From assembly GCA_036556205.1 (NCBI GenBank), contig DATBJW010000015.1, positions 9,674 to 73,673 on the forward strand: 64,000 nt of DNA, in the 5' to 3' direction. The notes under the pieces are model-generated. The model was given only the letters and a program-made list of their open reading frames with translations, was not told the origin of the DNA and searched no databases. The translations under genes and the position numbers were made by a program. Position 1 is the stretch's first letter, and each line of letters opens with the position of its first letter. Shown piece after piece: positions 10,219 through 20,692 of this stretch. This DNA is from Gemmatimonadota bacterium. GTDB taxonomy: Bacteria; Gemmatimonadota; Gemmatimonadetes; JACCXV01.

Positions 10219-11360
10219 CGCCCGGCCCGACGCGCGATTGCCTCCGCATAGACGGTCTCCGTCAGCTCGGCTGTCCTCTGGATCGTGAACTCCCGGCGCA
10301 CGAGATCGCGGCCGGCTGCCGCGAGCCGCGCCGCCAGCCCGCCGTCGGCCAGCAGGCTCTCCAGCTCCCTCGCCCAGGACGCGGGGTCCAGCGGGTGCGC
10401 GAGCAGACCCGTTTCTCCGTGCCGGACGAGCTCGGCGTTCCCGCCCGCCTCCGAGGCCAGGACCGGGAGACCGAGGGCCATGGCCTCCATCAAGGACTGC
10501 GAGAGCCCCTCGATCCTGGAAGGCAGCGCCGCGACGGAGGCCAGGGCGCAGAAGGCCGGAGCACTGGCCGTGAACGGCACGAACGCCACGCGGTGCCGCG
10601 CAGGAAGGGCGGCGGTCAGGCGCTCCAGCGTGGCGTCCGGCTCGATCCCCACCAGACCCAGCAGCACGGGCTGCTCGACCGAGGAAAGGGCCCGCAGCAG
10701 CACGTGCTGGTCCTTGCGTCGCGACACGACCACCACGACGCGCCGGCCCTGGACGTCACCGAGCGCTGCACGCGCCGCCGCGAGCTCCTCCCGTGACGGA
10801 GCCACGTCCAGTCGCGCGAGGTCGATCCCGTTGTGAACCACCCGCAAGCGCGGCAACGGATGCAGCCGGCGCGCCAGCGAGCGCGCCACGCCCCGGCTGA
10901 CGGCGATGGTGCGGTCGGCGGCCAAAGCCACGGGCAGCACCTCGAGCGGTGAGGTGAGCGGCATCGTGCGCCGCGTCACGACCAGCGCTCGCGGGAGTCG
11001 TCCCCGCCAGCGGAGCCAGGCCAGAGCGCGACGGTCTCGCGTGGCGTGGCTGTTGACCACGTCCACGCCGCGCGTCTCGATCACCTCCGCGATCGAGCCC
11101 GCGAGCGGCCGCAACCGATCGAAGGACAGCGGGATGACTTCGAGGCCGGCCCGGGCCGCGAGCTCCGCCAACTGGGTGCGCGGCCGGGAACCGACGAGCA
11201 CGCGGTGGCCGCGCCTGGCCAGATGGACGCTCAGGTCGAAGATGGAGCGGGTCGATCCCGATCCCTGACCTTGATGCGTGAGCTGAAGGACCGTGAGACG
11301 ATCTCCCGCGGCCCTGGCCGCCGGCGAGCTCTCGAGGCTGGACGAGGTCATGGCCGGCAA
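10209..11360 (-). CDS. Glycosyltransferase family 4 (GT-B, group 1)
   Basis: N-terminal QGSGSTRSIFDL. C-terminal LPSRIEGLSQSLMEAMALGLPVLASEAGGNAELV...GETGLL (E-x7-E region). Confidence 0.85.
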   Translation of the reverse strand: MPAMTSSSLESSPAARAAGDRLTVLQLTHQGQGSGSTRSIFDLSVHLARRGHRVLVGSRPRTQLAELAARAGLEVIPLSFDRLRPLAGSIAEVIETRGVDVVNSHATRDRRALAWLRWRGRLPRALVVTRRTMPLTSPLEVLPVALAADRTIAVSRGVARSLARRLHPLPRLRVVHNGIDLARLDVAPSREELAAARAALGDVQGRRVVVVVSRRKDQHVLLRALSSVEQPVLLGLVGIEPDATLERLTAALPARHRVAFVPFTASAPAFCALASVAALPSRIEGLSQSLMEAMALGLPVLASEAGGNAELVRHGETGLLAHPLDPASWARELESLLADGGLAARLAAAGRDLVRREFTIQRTAELTETVYAEAIARRAGRQR

Positions 11361-11460
11361 GCTACATCGCTCCCTCCGCAGCGGCTCCTCCAGGGACCCA
11401 CCGCGGCTTGCGTCGGCCGCGGGCGGCCGCGTAGCTTACGCCCTCACTCGGGAGGCGCCT

Positions 11461-11994
11461 TTGGGCAAGCAATACAACAAGATCGAGAAGGCCCGGCGCC
11501 GCATGCGCCGGCTCAAGCGCAAGAAGAAGGAAGCCGTCGAAGCGGGACTCCGCGCAGGCCGTCCCGTGCGGCCGCGTGCCACACCCCGTCCGGCCACCAC
11601 CCCCAAGCCCCGTCCCGCCATCCACGCGGGTGCCGGGAGTCAACCGGCTTCGGCCAAAGCCGCAGGCCCGGGCAGGGGATCCGGCAGGCCCTCCGCCGGC
11701 AGGCCCTCCGCGGGCGGCGCCGGAGGAGCCAGGCCGTCGGGGGCCGGCTCGCACAGGTCATCTTCCAGACCGCCAGCGAGACCGGCAGCGAGACCCTCCA
11801 CGGCGAGTGGGACGAAACCGCCGGCGGCGGGCGCAGGCGCGTCACAGCCCGGCGCGGGCGCCTCACAGCCCGGCGCGGGCGCCTCACAGCCCGGTTCGGG
11901 CGCATCCGCGACGAGCGCGGGGGCGGCGCAGGCGGCCGCTCCGAGTGCGGAGCCCGCCAAGCCGGTCCCCAGCGCAACCGAAGAAACCACGTGA
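11461..11994 (+). CDS. Hypothetical low-complexity protein (basic N-terminus, then Pro/Ala/Gly/Ser-rich tail)
   Basis: A TTG start lies 5 nt after GGGAGG. The N-terminus (M)GKQYNKIEKARRRMRRLKRKKKEAVEAG has good GC3. The stop overlaps the E1alpha GTG in a GTGA. The middle uses rare AGG/AGA codons, and another frame looks more coding-like there, so the frame or existence is uncertain. Confidence 0.3.
   Translation: MGKQYNKIEKARRRMRRLKRKKKEAVEAGLRAGRPVRPRATPRPATTPKPRPAIHAGAGSQPASAKAAGPGRGSGRPSAGRPSAGGAGGARPSGAGSHRSSSRPPARPAARPSTASGTKPPAAGAGASQPGAGASQPGAGASQPGSGASATSAGAAQAAAPSAEPAKPVPSATEETT
11830..11892. repeat. 3 x 21-bp tandem repeat (ggcgcrggcgcstcacagccc), encoding GAGASQP x3 in the 11461 frame
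   Basis: Read directly. Copies at 11830-11850, 11851-11871 and 11872-11892, with the last two identical. Confidence 0.9.
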
Positions 11995-13124
11995 CGGCGG
12001 CCGCCGAGCCCCTGCAGATCATCCGCGCGGATGGCAGCGTGGACGGTGGCGAGGCCCCCGAGATCCCGCCGGCCGAGCTCCAGCGGCTCTACCGCATCCT
12101 CATCCTCCAGCGGGCCTTCGACAAGCGGGCGCTGAACCTCCAGCGCCAGGGCCGGATCGGGTTCTACGTCTCGGCCATGGGGCAGGAGGCGGCACAGGTC
12201 GGGAGCGCCTACGCGCTTCAGAACGAGGACTGGATCTTCCCGGCCTACCGCGAGCTGGGAGCCGCCCTGGTGCGCGGCGTCCCGCTGCGGTCGATCCTGT
12301 CGCAGCTCTACGGGAACGAGAACGACGTCGGCAAGGGCCGCCAGATGCCCAACCACTACGGCTTCAAGCAGTACAACTTCGTGACCGCCTCGAGCCCCGT
12401 GGGGACGCAGATCCCGATCGCGGTCGGCGCGGCCTGGGCGGCCCGGATCCGCCACGACCCGATCGTCGCGATCGTGTACTTCGGCGACGGAGCCACGTCC
12501 ACGGGCGAGTTCCACGTCGGGATGAACTTCGCGGGCGTCTTCCGCGCGCCCACGATCTTCTTCTGCCAGAACAACCAGTGGGCGATCTCGGTGCCGCGCG
12601 AGCGGCAGACCGCTTCGGAGACGCTGGCCGTCAAGGCCGAAGCGTACGGCTTCGAGGGGGTCCGCGTGGACGGCAACGACCTGCTCGCGGTCTACAGCGC
12701 GACGAAGCGCGCGGTCGACAAGGCGCGCTCGGGAGGAGGTCCCACGATGATCGAAGCCATCACCTACCGGATGTCGGGGCACTCGACCGCCGACGACCCC
12801 CGGCGCTACCGCGAGGACAAGGAAGTCACGGCCTGGAGCGAGCGCGACCCGATCGTCAGGTTCCGCCGCTACCTCGAGGGCCGGAAGCTCTGGTCCGAGG
12901 GCGATGAGGCCGCGGCGCAGGCCGAGGCCGAGCGCGAGATCGAGAACATGATCCAGGCCGAGGAGGAGGCGGGGCCGCCTCCCATCGAGAGCATGTTCGA
13001 GGATGTCTACGCCAAGGTGCCCTGGCACCTGAGGGAGCAGCTCGAGGAGCTGCGCCGCCGCACCGAGCGGCGCAAAGCGCCCGGCGTAGGCCTCGTCGAG
13101 AAGCCGGAGGGGAGCTTCCCCTGA
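11991..13124 (+). CDS. 2-oxoacid dehydrogenase E1 component alpha subunit (TPP-dependent; PDH/BCKDH type)
   Basis: Trimmed to GTG 11991 from track ORF 11046..13124. LQRQGRIGFY and TPP motif GDGATSTGEFHVGMNFAGVFRAPTIFFCQNNQWAIS. Confidence 0.92.
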   Translation: MTAAAEPLQIIRADGSVDGGEAPEIPPAELQRLYRILILQRAFDKRALNLQRQGRIGFYVSAMGQEAAQVGSAYALQNEDWIFPAYRELGAALVRGVPLRSILSQLYGNENDVGKGRQMPNHYGFKQYNFVTASSPVGTQIPIAVGAAWAARIRHDPIVAIVYFGDGATSTGEFHVGMNFAGVFRAPTIFFCQNNQWAISVPRERQTASETLAVKAEAYGFEGVRVDGNDLLAVYSATKRAVDKARSGGGPTMIEAITYRMSGHSTADDPRRYREDKEVTAWSERDPIVRFRRYLEGRKLWSEGDEAAAQAEAEREIENMIQAEEEAGPPPIESMFEDVYAKVPWHLREQLEELRRRTERRKAPGVGLVEKPEGSFP

Positions 13125-14098
13125 TGTCCACGGTCACGCTGCTCCAGGCGCTCAACCAGACGCTTCACGCCGAGATGGAGCGCGACGACCGGGTCGTGGT
13201 CCTGGGCGAGGACGTCGGCAAGGTGGGCGGCGTCTTCCGCGTGACCGAGGGCCTGCAGGAGAAGTTCGGCGAGGAGCGGGTGATCGACACGCCGCTGGCC
13301 GAGAACGGCATCATCGGGACCGCGATCGGGATGGCGCTCTACGGACTGCGTCCGATCCCCGAGATCCAGTTCGTGGACTTCATCTATCCCGCCTTCGATC
13401 AGATCGTCTCCGAGCTCGCCAAGTTCCGGTTCCGCTCGGGCGGCCAGTACGCCGCCCCGATGGTCATCCGCACGCCCTACGGCGGAGGCATCAAGGGCGG
13501 GCACTACCACAGCCAGAGCCCCGAGTCGCTCTTCGTGCACACCGCCGGCCTGCAGGTCGTGATCCCCTCGACCCCGGTGGATGCCAAGGGACTCCTCACG
13601 AGTGCCATCCGCGGCGACGACCCGGTGCTGTTCCTCGAGCCCAAGCGACTCTACCGCACGCTCAAGGGCGAGGTGCCCGAGGGCGAGGTCACCGTACCCA
13701 TCGGCGAGGCGCGCGTCGTCACCGAGGGCTCGGACGTCACGCTCATCGGCTACGGAGCCATGATGCAGGAGTGCCTGGACGCGACCGAGCGGGCGGGCAA
13801 GGAGGGGATCGGAGTCGAGCTCATCGACCTGCGGACGCTCATGCCCTTCGACTGGGCGGCGATCCAGGCCTCGGTCGAGAAGACGGGTCGGGTGGTCATC
13901 GTCCACGAGGCGCCGCGCACCTGCGGCTTCGGAGCCGAGATCGCGGCACTCGTCGCCGAGCGCTGCATCCTCTCGCTCGAAGCCCCCGTCCGCCGCGTGT
14001 GCGGGCTCGACACGCCGTTCCCCTACACGCTCGAGAAGCTCTACATGCCCGACGCGCCGCGGGTGTTGGACGCAATCCGAGAGACCGCCGCGTTTTAG
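13124..14098 (+). CDS. 2-oxoacid dehydrogenase E1 component beta subunit
   Basis: VVVLGEDVGKVGGVFRVTEGLQEKFGEERVIDTPLAENGIIGTAIGMA. 1-nt overlap (TGATG) with E1alpha. Confidence 0.93.
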   Translation: MSTVTLLQALNQTLHAEMERDDRVVVLGEDVGKVGGVFRVTEGLQEKFGEERVIDTPLAENGIIGTAIGMALYGLRPIPEIQFVDFIYPAFDQIVSELAKFRFRSGGQYAAPMVIRTPYGGGIKGGHYHSQSPESLFVHTAGLQVVIPSTPVDAKGLLTSAIRGDDPVLFLEPKRLYRTLKGEVPEGEVTVPIGEARVVTEGSDVTLIGYGAMMQECLDATERAGKEGIGVELIDLRTLMPFDWAAIQASVEKTGRVVIVHEAPRTCGFGAEIAALVAERCILSLEAPVRRVCGLDTPFPYTLEKLYMPDAPRVLDAIRETAAF

Positions 14099-14107
14099 GA
14101 ACCTGCC

Positions 14108-15511
<1,404 letters not shown>

Positions 15512-15537
15512 GCAGCAGCGGCGGGGATGCCGCCGCG

Positions 15538-16695
15538 ATGCAGCCCCCGCAAAGCAGTCATCTCATGCCGCGCTCGAAGACCCTCGCTCCCGAACCGGGA
15601 CCCCTTCGCGTCCTCTCTCGCGAGGGCCGTCTCGAGGGGACGCCTCCGTCTCTCGAGTCCGCGGACCTCGAAGCCCTCTACCGGCTGATGCGAAAGCTGC
15701 GCGGCTTCGACCAGCGCATGATGAACCTCCAGCGCCAGGGTCGGATCGGTTTCTACGGCCCGGCGACCGGCCAGGAGGCCGCGACCGTCGGGAGCGCCTT
15801 CGCGCTCGAGCCGCGGGACTGGATCTTCCCCGCCCTGCGCGAGGCAGGGGCGCTCATGGTCCGCGGCTATCCCCTCCAGAAGATGCTGGCCCAGCTCTAC
15901 GGCAACCGGTTGGACGAGTCGCTCGGGCACCAGATGCCCTGCCACTACACCTCGCGCGAGCACCATTTCGTCGCGATGTCGTCGTGCATCGCCAACCAGC
16001 TGCCCGCGGCCGTGGGCGCCGCCTGGGCGGCGAAGATCCGCAAGGACCCGGTGGTCGTGATCGGCTACACCGGCGACGGCGGCACCTCCGAAGGAGACTT
16101 CCACGCCGCGCTGAACTTCGCCGGCGTGTTCAAGACGCCCTGCGTGATCTTCTGCCAGAACAACCGCTGGGCGATCTCGGTCCCGCTCGAGAAGCAGAGC
16201 GCGGTCACCGATCTCTACCGGAAGGCGACGGCCTACGGGATTCCGGGCGTGCAGGTGGACGGGAACGACGTGCTGGCCGTCTACGCGGTGACGCGGGCGG
16301 CGGTCGAGCGGGCACGCGCCGGGGGTGGCCCCACGTTCATCGAGGCGCAGACCTACCGCGTGGGGCCGCACACCACGTCCGACGACCCCACCCGTTATCG
16401 GGCCGGCGACGAGGCGCAGCGCTGGCCGGACCCGATCCCGCGCTACCGCGCCTACCTGGAGGAGGCGCAACTCTGGGACGCCGACCGCGAAGCCCTGCTC
16501 GAGGCCGAGCTCGAGCACGAGATCGAGCAGGCGGTACAGGAGGTGGAGTCGGCGCCTGCCCCCGAGCCGCGGAGCTTGATCGAAGGCGTGTTCGCCAGGC
16601 CGACCTGGATCCTGGAGGAGGAGCTGGAGGAGCTGCTGCGGCCGAGGCCTACCGGGATCCGTTCGCGAGGGCAACCAGGTAAGCGAGCAGGGTGA
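15538..16695 (+). CDS. Second, unpaired E1 alpha-subunit paralog (TPP-dependent)
   Basis: LQRQGRIGFYGPATGQEA and GDGGTSEGDFHAALNFAGVFKTPCVIFCQNNRWAIS. Clearly homologous to 11991..13124, but no beta subunit follows. Confidence 0.85.
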   Translation: MQPPQSSHLMPRSKTLAPEPGPLRVLSREGRLEGTPPSLESADLEALYRLMRKLRGFDQRMMNLQRQGRIGFYGPATGQEAATVGSAFALEPRDWIFPALREAGALMVRGYPLQKMLAQLYGNRLDESLGHQMPCHYTSREHHFVAMSSCIANQLPAAVGAAWAAKIRKDPVVVIGYTGDGGTSEGDFHAALNFAGVFKTPCVIFCQNNRWAISVPLEKQSAVTDLYRKATAYGIPGVQVDGNDVLAVYAVTRAAVERARAGGGPTFIEAQTYRVGPHTTSDDPTRYRAGDEAQRWPDPIPRYRAYLEEAQLWDADREALLEAELEHEIEQAVQEVESAPAPEPRSLIEGVFARPTWILEEELEELLRPRPTGIRSRGQPGKRAG

Positions 16696-16704
16696 GCTCG
16701 TCCC

Positions 16705-17262
16705 TCAACGCGCGTCGCGCAAGTACACGATCTTCCAGACTCCCTCGAACTCGAGCAGCCAGAGCTCGCTCGTCTCGCCGGATGCCGGTCGCGGATTCCC
16801 CGAGTCCCGGCAGGACTCGATCTCGATGTAGACCCGGGCCCACGTTCCCGCCCACGTGATCGCGAGCGGACCCGGCGCTCGCCGACCCGGCTCGCCGCAG
16901 GGGCCGGCCTTCTCAAACCAGCCGACGGACCTCGCCGACAAGCGCACGGGTCGCTCATGGGCCGGGCTCGATCCCGAGACCTCGAAGGGCGGCGGCCAGC
17001 GCGCGGCGACCTTGGCCGGCCAGAAATGGTTCTGGACATCGTTCCACTGGCGCGCGGCGAGATCGCGGTAGAAGAGCTCGACCTCCCGCACGACGGCCAC
17101 GGAATCCCGAGCGCTCTCCTCGGGACTGCCTCCGACCGGCTCGCCAGGGACCGGGCTCGTTCGGTCCGCCTCGCGGGGGTCCTGCTGAGCCGGAGTTGCG
17201 GTTGATACGACCATGAGCGCGGAAATCAGGGTCCCCGCGACCGACAATGAGCGACGGACCAT
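16705..17262 (-). CDS. Hypothetical exported protein
   Basis: Trimmed to the internal Met. Signal-like MVRRSLSVAGTLISALMVVSTATPAQQ. The rest is non-repetitive and ends ELWLLEFEGVWKIVYLRDAR. No family assigned. Confidence 0.5.
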   Translation of the reverse strand: MVRRSLSVAGTLISALMVVSTATPAQQDPREADRTSPVPGEPVGGSPEESARDSVAVVREVELFYRDLAARQWNDVQNHFWPAKVAARWPPPFEVSGSSPAHERPVRLSARSVGWFEKAGPCGEPGRRAPGPLAITWAGTWARVYIEIESCRDSGNPRPASGETSELWLLEFEGVWKIVYLRDAR

Positions 17263-17395
17263 GAAAAGCTCCAGCCGAAGAAGAGTGGGCTCCAAACCAG
17301 CGCGGGGCTCGCTTGAGGAATAACCCCGCCCGCAGGCTCGGCGTTCGCGAGGATCGGGCACATGGCCCTGCGGAAGCCATGCCGGGTCGCCCCGC

Positions 17396-18508
17396 CTAGA
17401 GCACCGCCAGCTTCTCCGCCTTCTTGATCGTCTCGCAGATCCGCTCCACCGCCGGCATGGGCAGCTCCGGGTAGATCGGGAGCGCCAGCGTGGTCTGCGC
17501 CCAGCGCTCGGCCACGGGCAGGGAGGGCGGCTCGCCCAGGTCGGCGAAGGCGGGCTGGAGGTGACACGGCAGGGCGTAATAGACCGCCGTGGAGATCCCG
17601 GCGGCCGTGAGCGCGTCGCGCAGCTGATCGCGTTGGGGGTGGGCGATCACGAACTGATGATAGACGTGCTCCCGGTCGGGCGGCGTCGGCAGAGTCTCGC
17701 AGCGCGTGCCGGCCAGGAGCTCCCGGTAGGCCTCCGCACGGAAGCGGCGCGATTCGTTCCACTCGTCCACGTGCGGCAGCTTCACGCGCAGGATCGCGGC
17801 CTGCAGCTCGTCGAGCCGGCTGTTGGTCCCGATCCTGTCGTGGAGGTAGCCTTCCACGCGCCCGTGGTCGCGGAGGCTCCGCACCTGCTCGGCCAGCTCG
17901 TCGTCGTCCGTGACGACCGCTCCCCCGTCCCCGTAGGCGGCCAGGTTCTTCGATGGATAGAAGCTGAACGTGCCGGCGTTGCCGATCGCACCCGCGGACT
18001 CGCCCTGGTAGGTGGCGCCGAAGGCCTGCGCGGCGTCCTCGATGAGCCGCAGGCCGTGATCTCCGCAGACTCGCACGAGCGGCTCCATGGGGGCCGGCTC
18101 GCCGAAGAGGTGAACGGGGATCACGGCGCGCGTGCGTGGCGTGACGGCTCGCTCGACGGCCTCGGGATCCACAAGGAAGCTGCCGGGCGCGCAATCCACG
18201 AATACCGGACGGGCTCCGGCCAGCGCCACCGACTCGGGTATGGCGATGAACGAGTAGGTGGGGACGATCACCTCGTCGCCGGATCCCACGTCGCAAGCAC
18301 GCAGTGCCAGGACCAGCGCATCGGTGCCGGAGTTCAGCGTCACGGCGTGCTCGACGCCCAGGTAGGCGGCCAGCTCCTCCTCGAAGGCCTCGACCTGTGG
18401 CCCCAGGATGAAGCGGCCGCTCGCCAGAACCTCGGCGATCGCCCGGTCGATCGGTTCCTGGAGCGCGCGGTACTGCTCGACCAGGTCGACCATCGGGATG
18501 CGTTCCAT
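17396..18508 (-). CDS. DegT/DnrJ/EryC1/StrS-family sugar aminotransferase (PLP)
   Basis: Trimmed to MERIPMVDL (start 18508, ATGA overlap with the upstream gene). Motifs LNSGTDAL, IEDAAQAFG and FSFYPSKNL (PLP lysine). Confidence 0.9.
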   Translation of the reverse strand: MERIPMVDLVEQYRALQEPIDRAIAEVLASGRFILGPQVEAFEEELAAYLGVEHAVTLNSGTDALVLALRACDVGSGDEVIVPTYSFIAIPESVALAGARPVFVDCAPGSFLVDPEAVERAVTPRTRAVIPVHLFGEPAPMEPLVRVCGDHGLRLIEDAAQAFGATYQGESAGAIGNAGTFSFYPSKNLAAYGDGGAVVTDDDELAEQVRSLRDHGRVEGYLHDRIGTNSRLDELQAAILRVKLPHVDEWNESRRFRAEAYRELLAGTRCETLPTPPDREHVYHQFVIAHPQRDQLRDALTAAGISTAVYYALPCHLQPAFADLGEPPSLPVAERWAQTTLALPIYPELPMPAVERICETIKKAEKLAVL

Positions 18509-19518
18509 CAGCCGCGCCTCGCTCGCCCATCCGTGGCCGACGCCAGCCCGATCTGCTCCGTGATCCGGTTCGCCACCTCGAGGGCCCGGCGCCCGTCGCG
18601 ACCGGTGACCGGCGGCTCCGACCGCGACGCCACGGCCTCGAGGAAGGCGTCGATCTCGAGCGCCAGCGCGTCGCTCTCGTCGTCCTCGAAGGAAACCTCC
18701 TGGCGGACGATCGCCGCCGCCGGCCCGCCGTCGGCGCCGCTTGCCAGGCCGGGCGTCGCTCCGACCTCGGCGGCCACGCGCCGCCGCACGACGGCCGCCG
18801 AGCGCCGCAGGAAGTCGATCGAGACGTAGGCGTCCGGCTGGAAAACACGGATCTTCCGCATCTTCTGAGCCGACACCCGGCTGGCGGTGATGTTCGCGAC
18901 GCAGCCGTCGGCGAACTGGATGCGCGCGTTGGCGATGTCCACACTGGAGGAGATCACGGGCACGCCCGCCGCGTGGATCGCGACCGCCTCGGAGCGCACG
19001 ACGTTGAGGATGATGTCGATGTCGTGGATCATGAGGTCGAGCACCACGTCCACGTCGGTCCCGCGCACGTTCCAGGGAGCCAGCCGGTGGGACTCGATGA
19101 ACCGGGGCTCGCGCAGGAACCCCGCGAGACGGCGGATGGCCGGGTTGAAGCGCTCCAGGTGCCCCACCTGCAGGATCCGGCCGCCGGCCTCGGCGGCGGC
19201 CACGAGCTCGTCGGCCTCGGCGACCGACGCGGCGATGGGCTTCTCGACCAGCACGTCCCGGCCGGAGCGCAGGAGGCCGCAGCCCACGTCGTGATGAAGC
19301 TGTGTCGGGACCGCCACCGACACGGCGCGCACGCCGGTCGGGAGCCGGGTCCAATCGGGCAGCCACACCGCGCCGAGTCGCCCGGCTACCTCACGGGCGG
19401 CGGGATCGGGGTCCACGAGCGCACGCAGGCGCGCCCGCGGGTGGGCGGCGTACTTCTCCGCGTGCAGGCGTCCCAGGTAGCCCACGCCCACGACCGCGAC
19501 GTCGATGGGTTCGCTCAC
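18508..19518 (-). CDS. Gfo/Idh/MocA-family NAD-dependent sugar oxidoreductase
   Basis: Rossmann motif VAVVGVGYLGRLHA, plus VLVEKPIA and QVGHLERFNP. Confidence 0.88.
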   Translation of the reverse strand: MSEPIDVAVVGVGYLGRLHAEKYAAHPRARLRALVDPDPAAREVAGRLGAVWLPDWTRLPTGVRAVSVAVPTQLHHDVGCGLLRSGRDVLVEKPIAASVAEADELVAAAEAGGRILQVGHLERFNPAIRRLAGFLREPRFIESHRLAPWNVRGTDVDVVLDLMIHDIDIILNVVRSEAVAIHAAGVPVISSSVDIANARIQFADGCVANITASRVSAQKMRKIRVFQPDAYVSIDFLRRSAAVVRRRVAAEVGATPGLASGADGGPAAAIVRQEVSFEDDESDALALEIDAFLEAVASRSEPPVTGRDGRRALEVANRITEQIGLASATDGRARRG

Positions 19519-19764
19519 GGGCGGTTCGGCCTCCCTGTCAGCGTCCCTGCCCCCACGCTATCTTGTCAGCGCTTGAGGATGACCTCGTAGGAAGGAAAAT
19601 CTCCCGCTCCTCCGGACCGGCGGCGCGGGGCCGGCAGTCTCACATCTGACAGACTTCGATCGGGAACTTCAAGGCGACTCTCCGTGCCGTCGGGTTTCGC
19701 GCCGAGCCTCCGTCCGCCCTCCCGCGACGCAAAAACTACCCCCTGCCCGGAGGGGGCGCAAACG

Positions 19765-20082
19765 ATGGCGGTGCATCGCGTCTCGTTTTCCCGGACGCAG
19801 CTGGCGGGCGTTCAACGAGGGATCGTGACCTGCGCGCTGCGGACGAACCTGATCGCGGCGCCGGGCGACATCCTGCTGGCGGGACTGCCCACCTTCCCCG
19901 CCCTCGTGCGGCTCAAGGTCACGGGCTTCCGCCGGCAGGTGCCGTTCCTGGGGCTCACGAAGCGCGAGCTCCAGCGCGCGGGGGTCGAGGAGCCGCAGAG
20001 CCGCGGCGAGGCGCTGGCCGAGCTCGGCATGGGCCCGAACCCGACCGTCAACGTCATCCACTTCCGGCTCATGAAGTCGTGA
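19765..20082 (+). CDS. Hypothetical small protein (possibly ASCH/PUA-like)
   Basis: Trimmed to ATG 19765, preceded by GGAGGGGG. 105 aa. Functional guess is weak. Confidence 0.4.
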   Translation: MAVHRVSFSRTQLAGVQRGIVTCALRTNLIAAPGDILLAGLPTFPALVRLKVTGFRRQVPFLGLTKRELQRAGVEEPQSRGEALAELGMGPNPTVNVIHFRLMKS

Positions 20083-20111
20083 GCGCCGGACAACCCTCAG
20101 CACCGACGCGC

Positions 20112-20333
20112 ATGTACTATCCCACGCCCGAGAGCCTGCCCGAGGATTTGCGGCGCGGCCTGCCCGAGGAGGCGCGCGAGCTCTACCGCCTGACCTTCAA
20201 CGCGGCCTACGTCGCCGAGAAGGCGGACGCCGAGCAGGCCGGCAAGATCGCCTGGAGCACGCTCACCACCCACTTCGACCGGCGTCCCGACGGCTCCTGG
20301 GCGCGCCGCCGCACGAATCCGCCCCGTATGTGA
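20112..20333 (+). CDS. ChaB-family protein
   Basis: MYYPTPESLPEDLRRGLPEEARELYRLTFNAAY...AGKIAWSTLTTHF...DGSW parallels E. coli ChaB (SDLPE..LP..AQ.IY..AFN.A...AHKVAW.AVK..Y....D.W). The track ORF starts at 20079. Confidence 0.7.
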   Translation: MYYPTPESLPEDLRRGLPEEARELYRLTFNAAYVAEKADAEQAGKIAWSTLTTHFDRRPDGSWARRRTNPPRM

Positions 20334-20692
20334 AGGCCTGGGAGTAGTCCCCACGGCCTACCCAGCCTGCGCGAGCGGTCGGATTGAGAGTGAGAAGGAG
20401 AGGGGGTAGTGTCCGACTGCCCCTCGCGCGCCGACCGGACCGGCGGTCGACGCGCGTCCCTCCACCTTCTCAAGCTCGGCGGCCCATGCAGTTCTGGGGC
20501 GTTCCGAAAGCTTTGAGCGCCTGGGACATCGGCCTGTCCAATAGCCGGGCGGGCACGTCCGAATACCGCTCGGATCCGCCGCTGTCCGAAGAGCTTGCCC
20601 AGCAGGCTAAGTCGTTTCCTGTCACTGTCTTACGGATTGCCGGCCTCCATCGCCGCCCGGCCGGTACGGCGCTTGCTCATCGAGCAAGCGCC

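Noticed and set aside
19519-19764. Possible small RNA or riboswitch in the divergent intergenic region between the oxidoreductase and the small ASCH-like gene.
   Set aside because: Only a short CCCCCT/AGGGGG hairpin overlapping the Shine-Dalgarno sequence was seen. There is no family-level motif that I can support.
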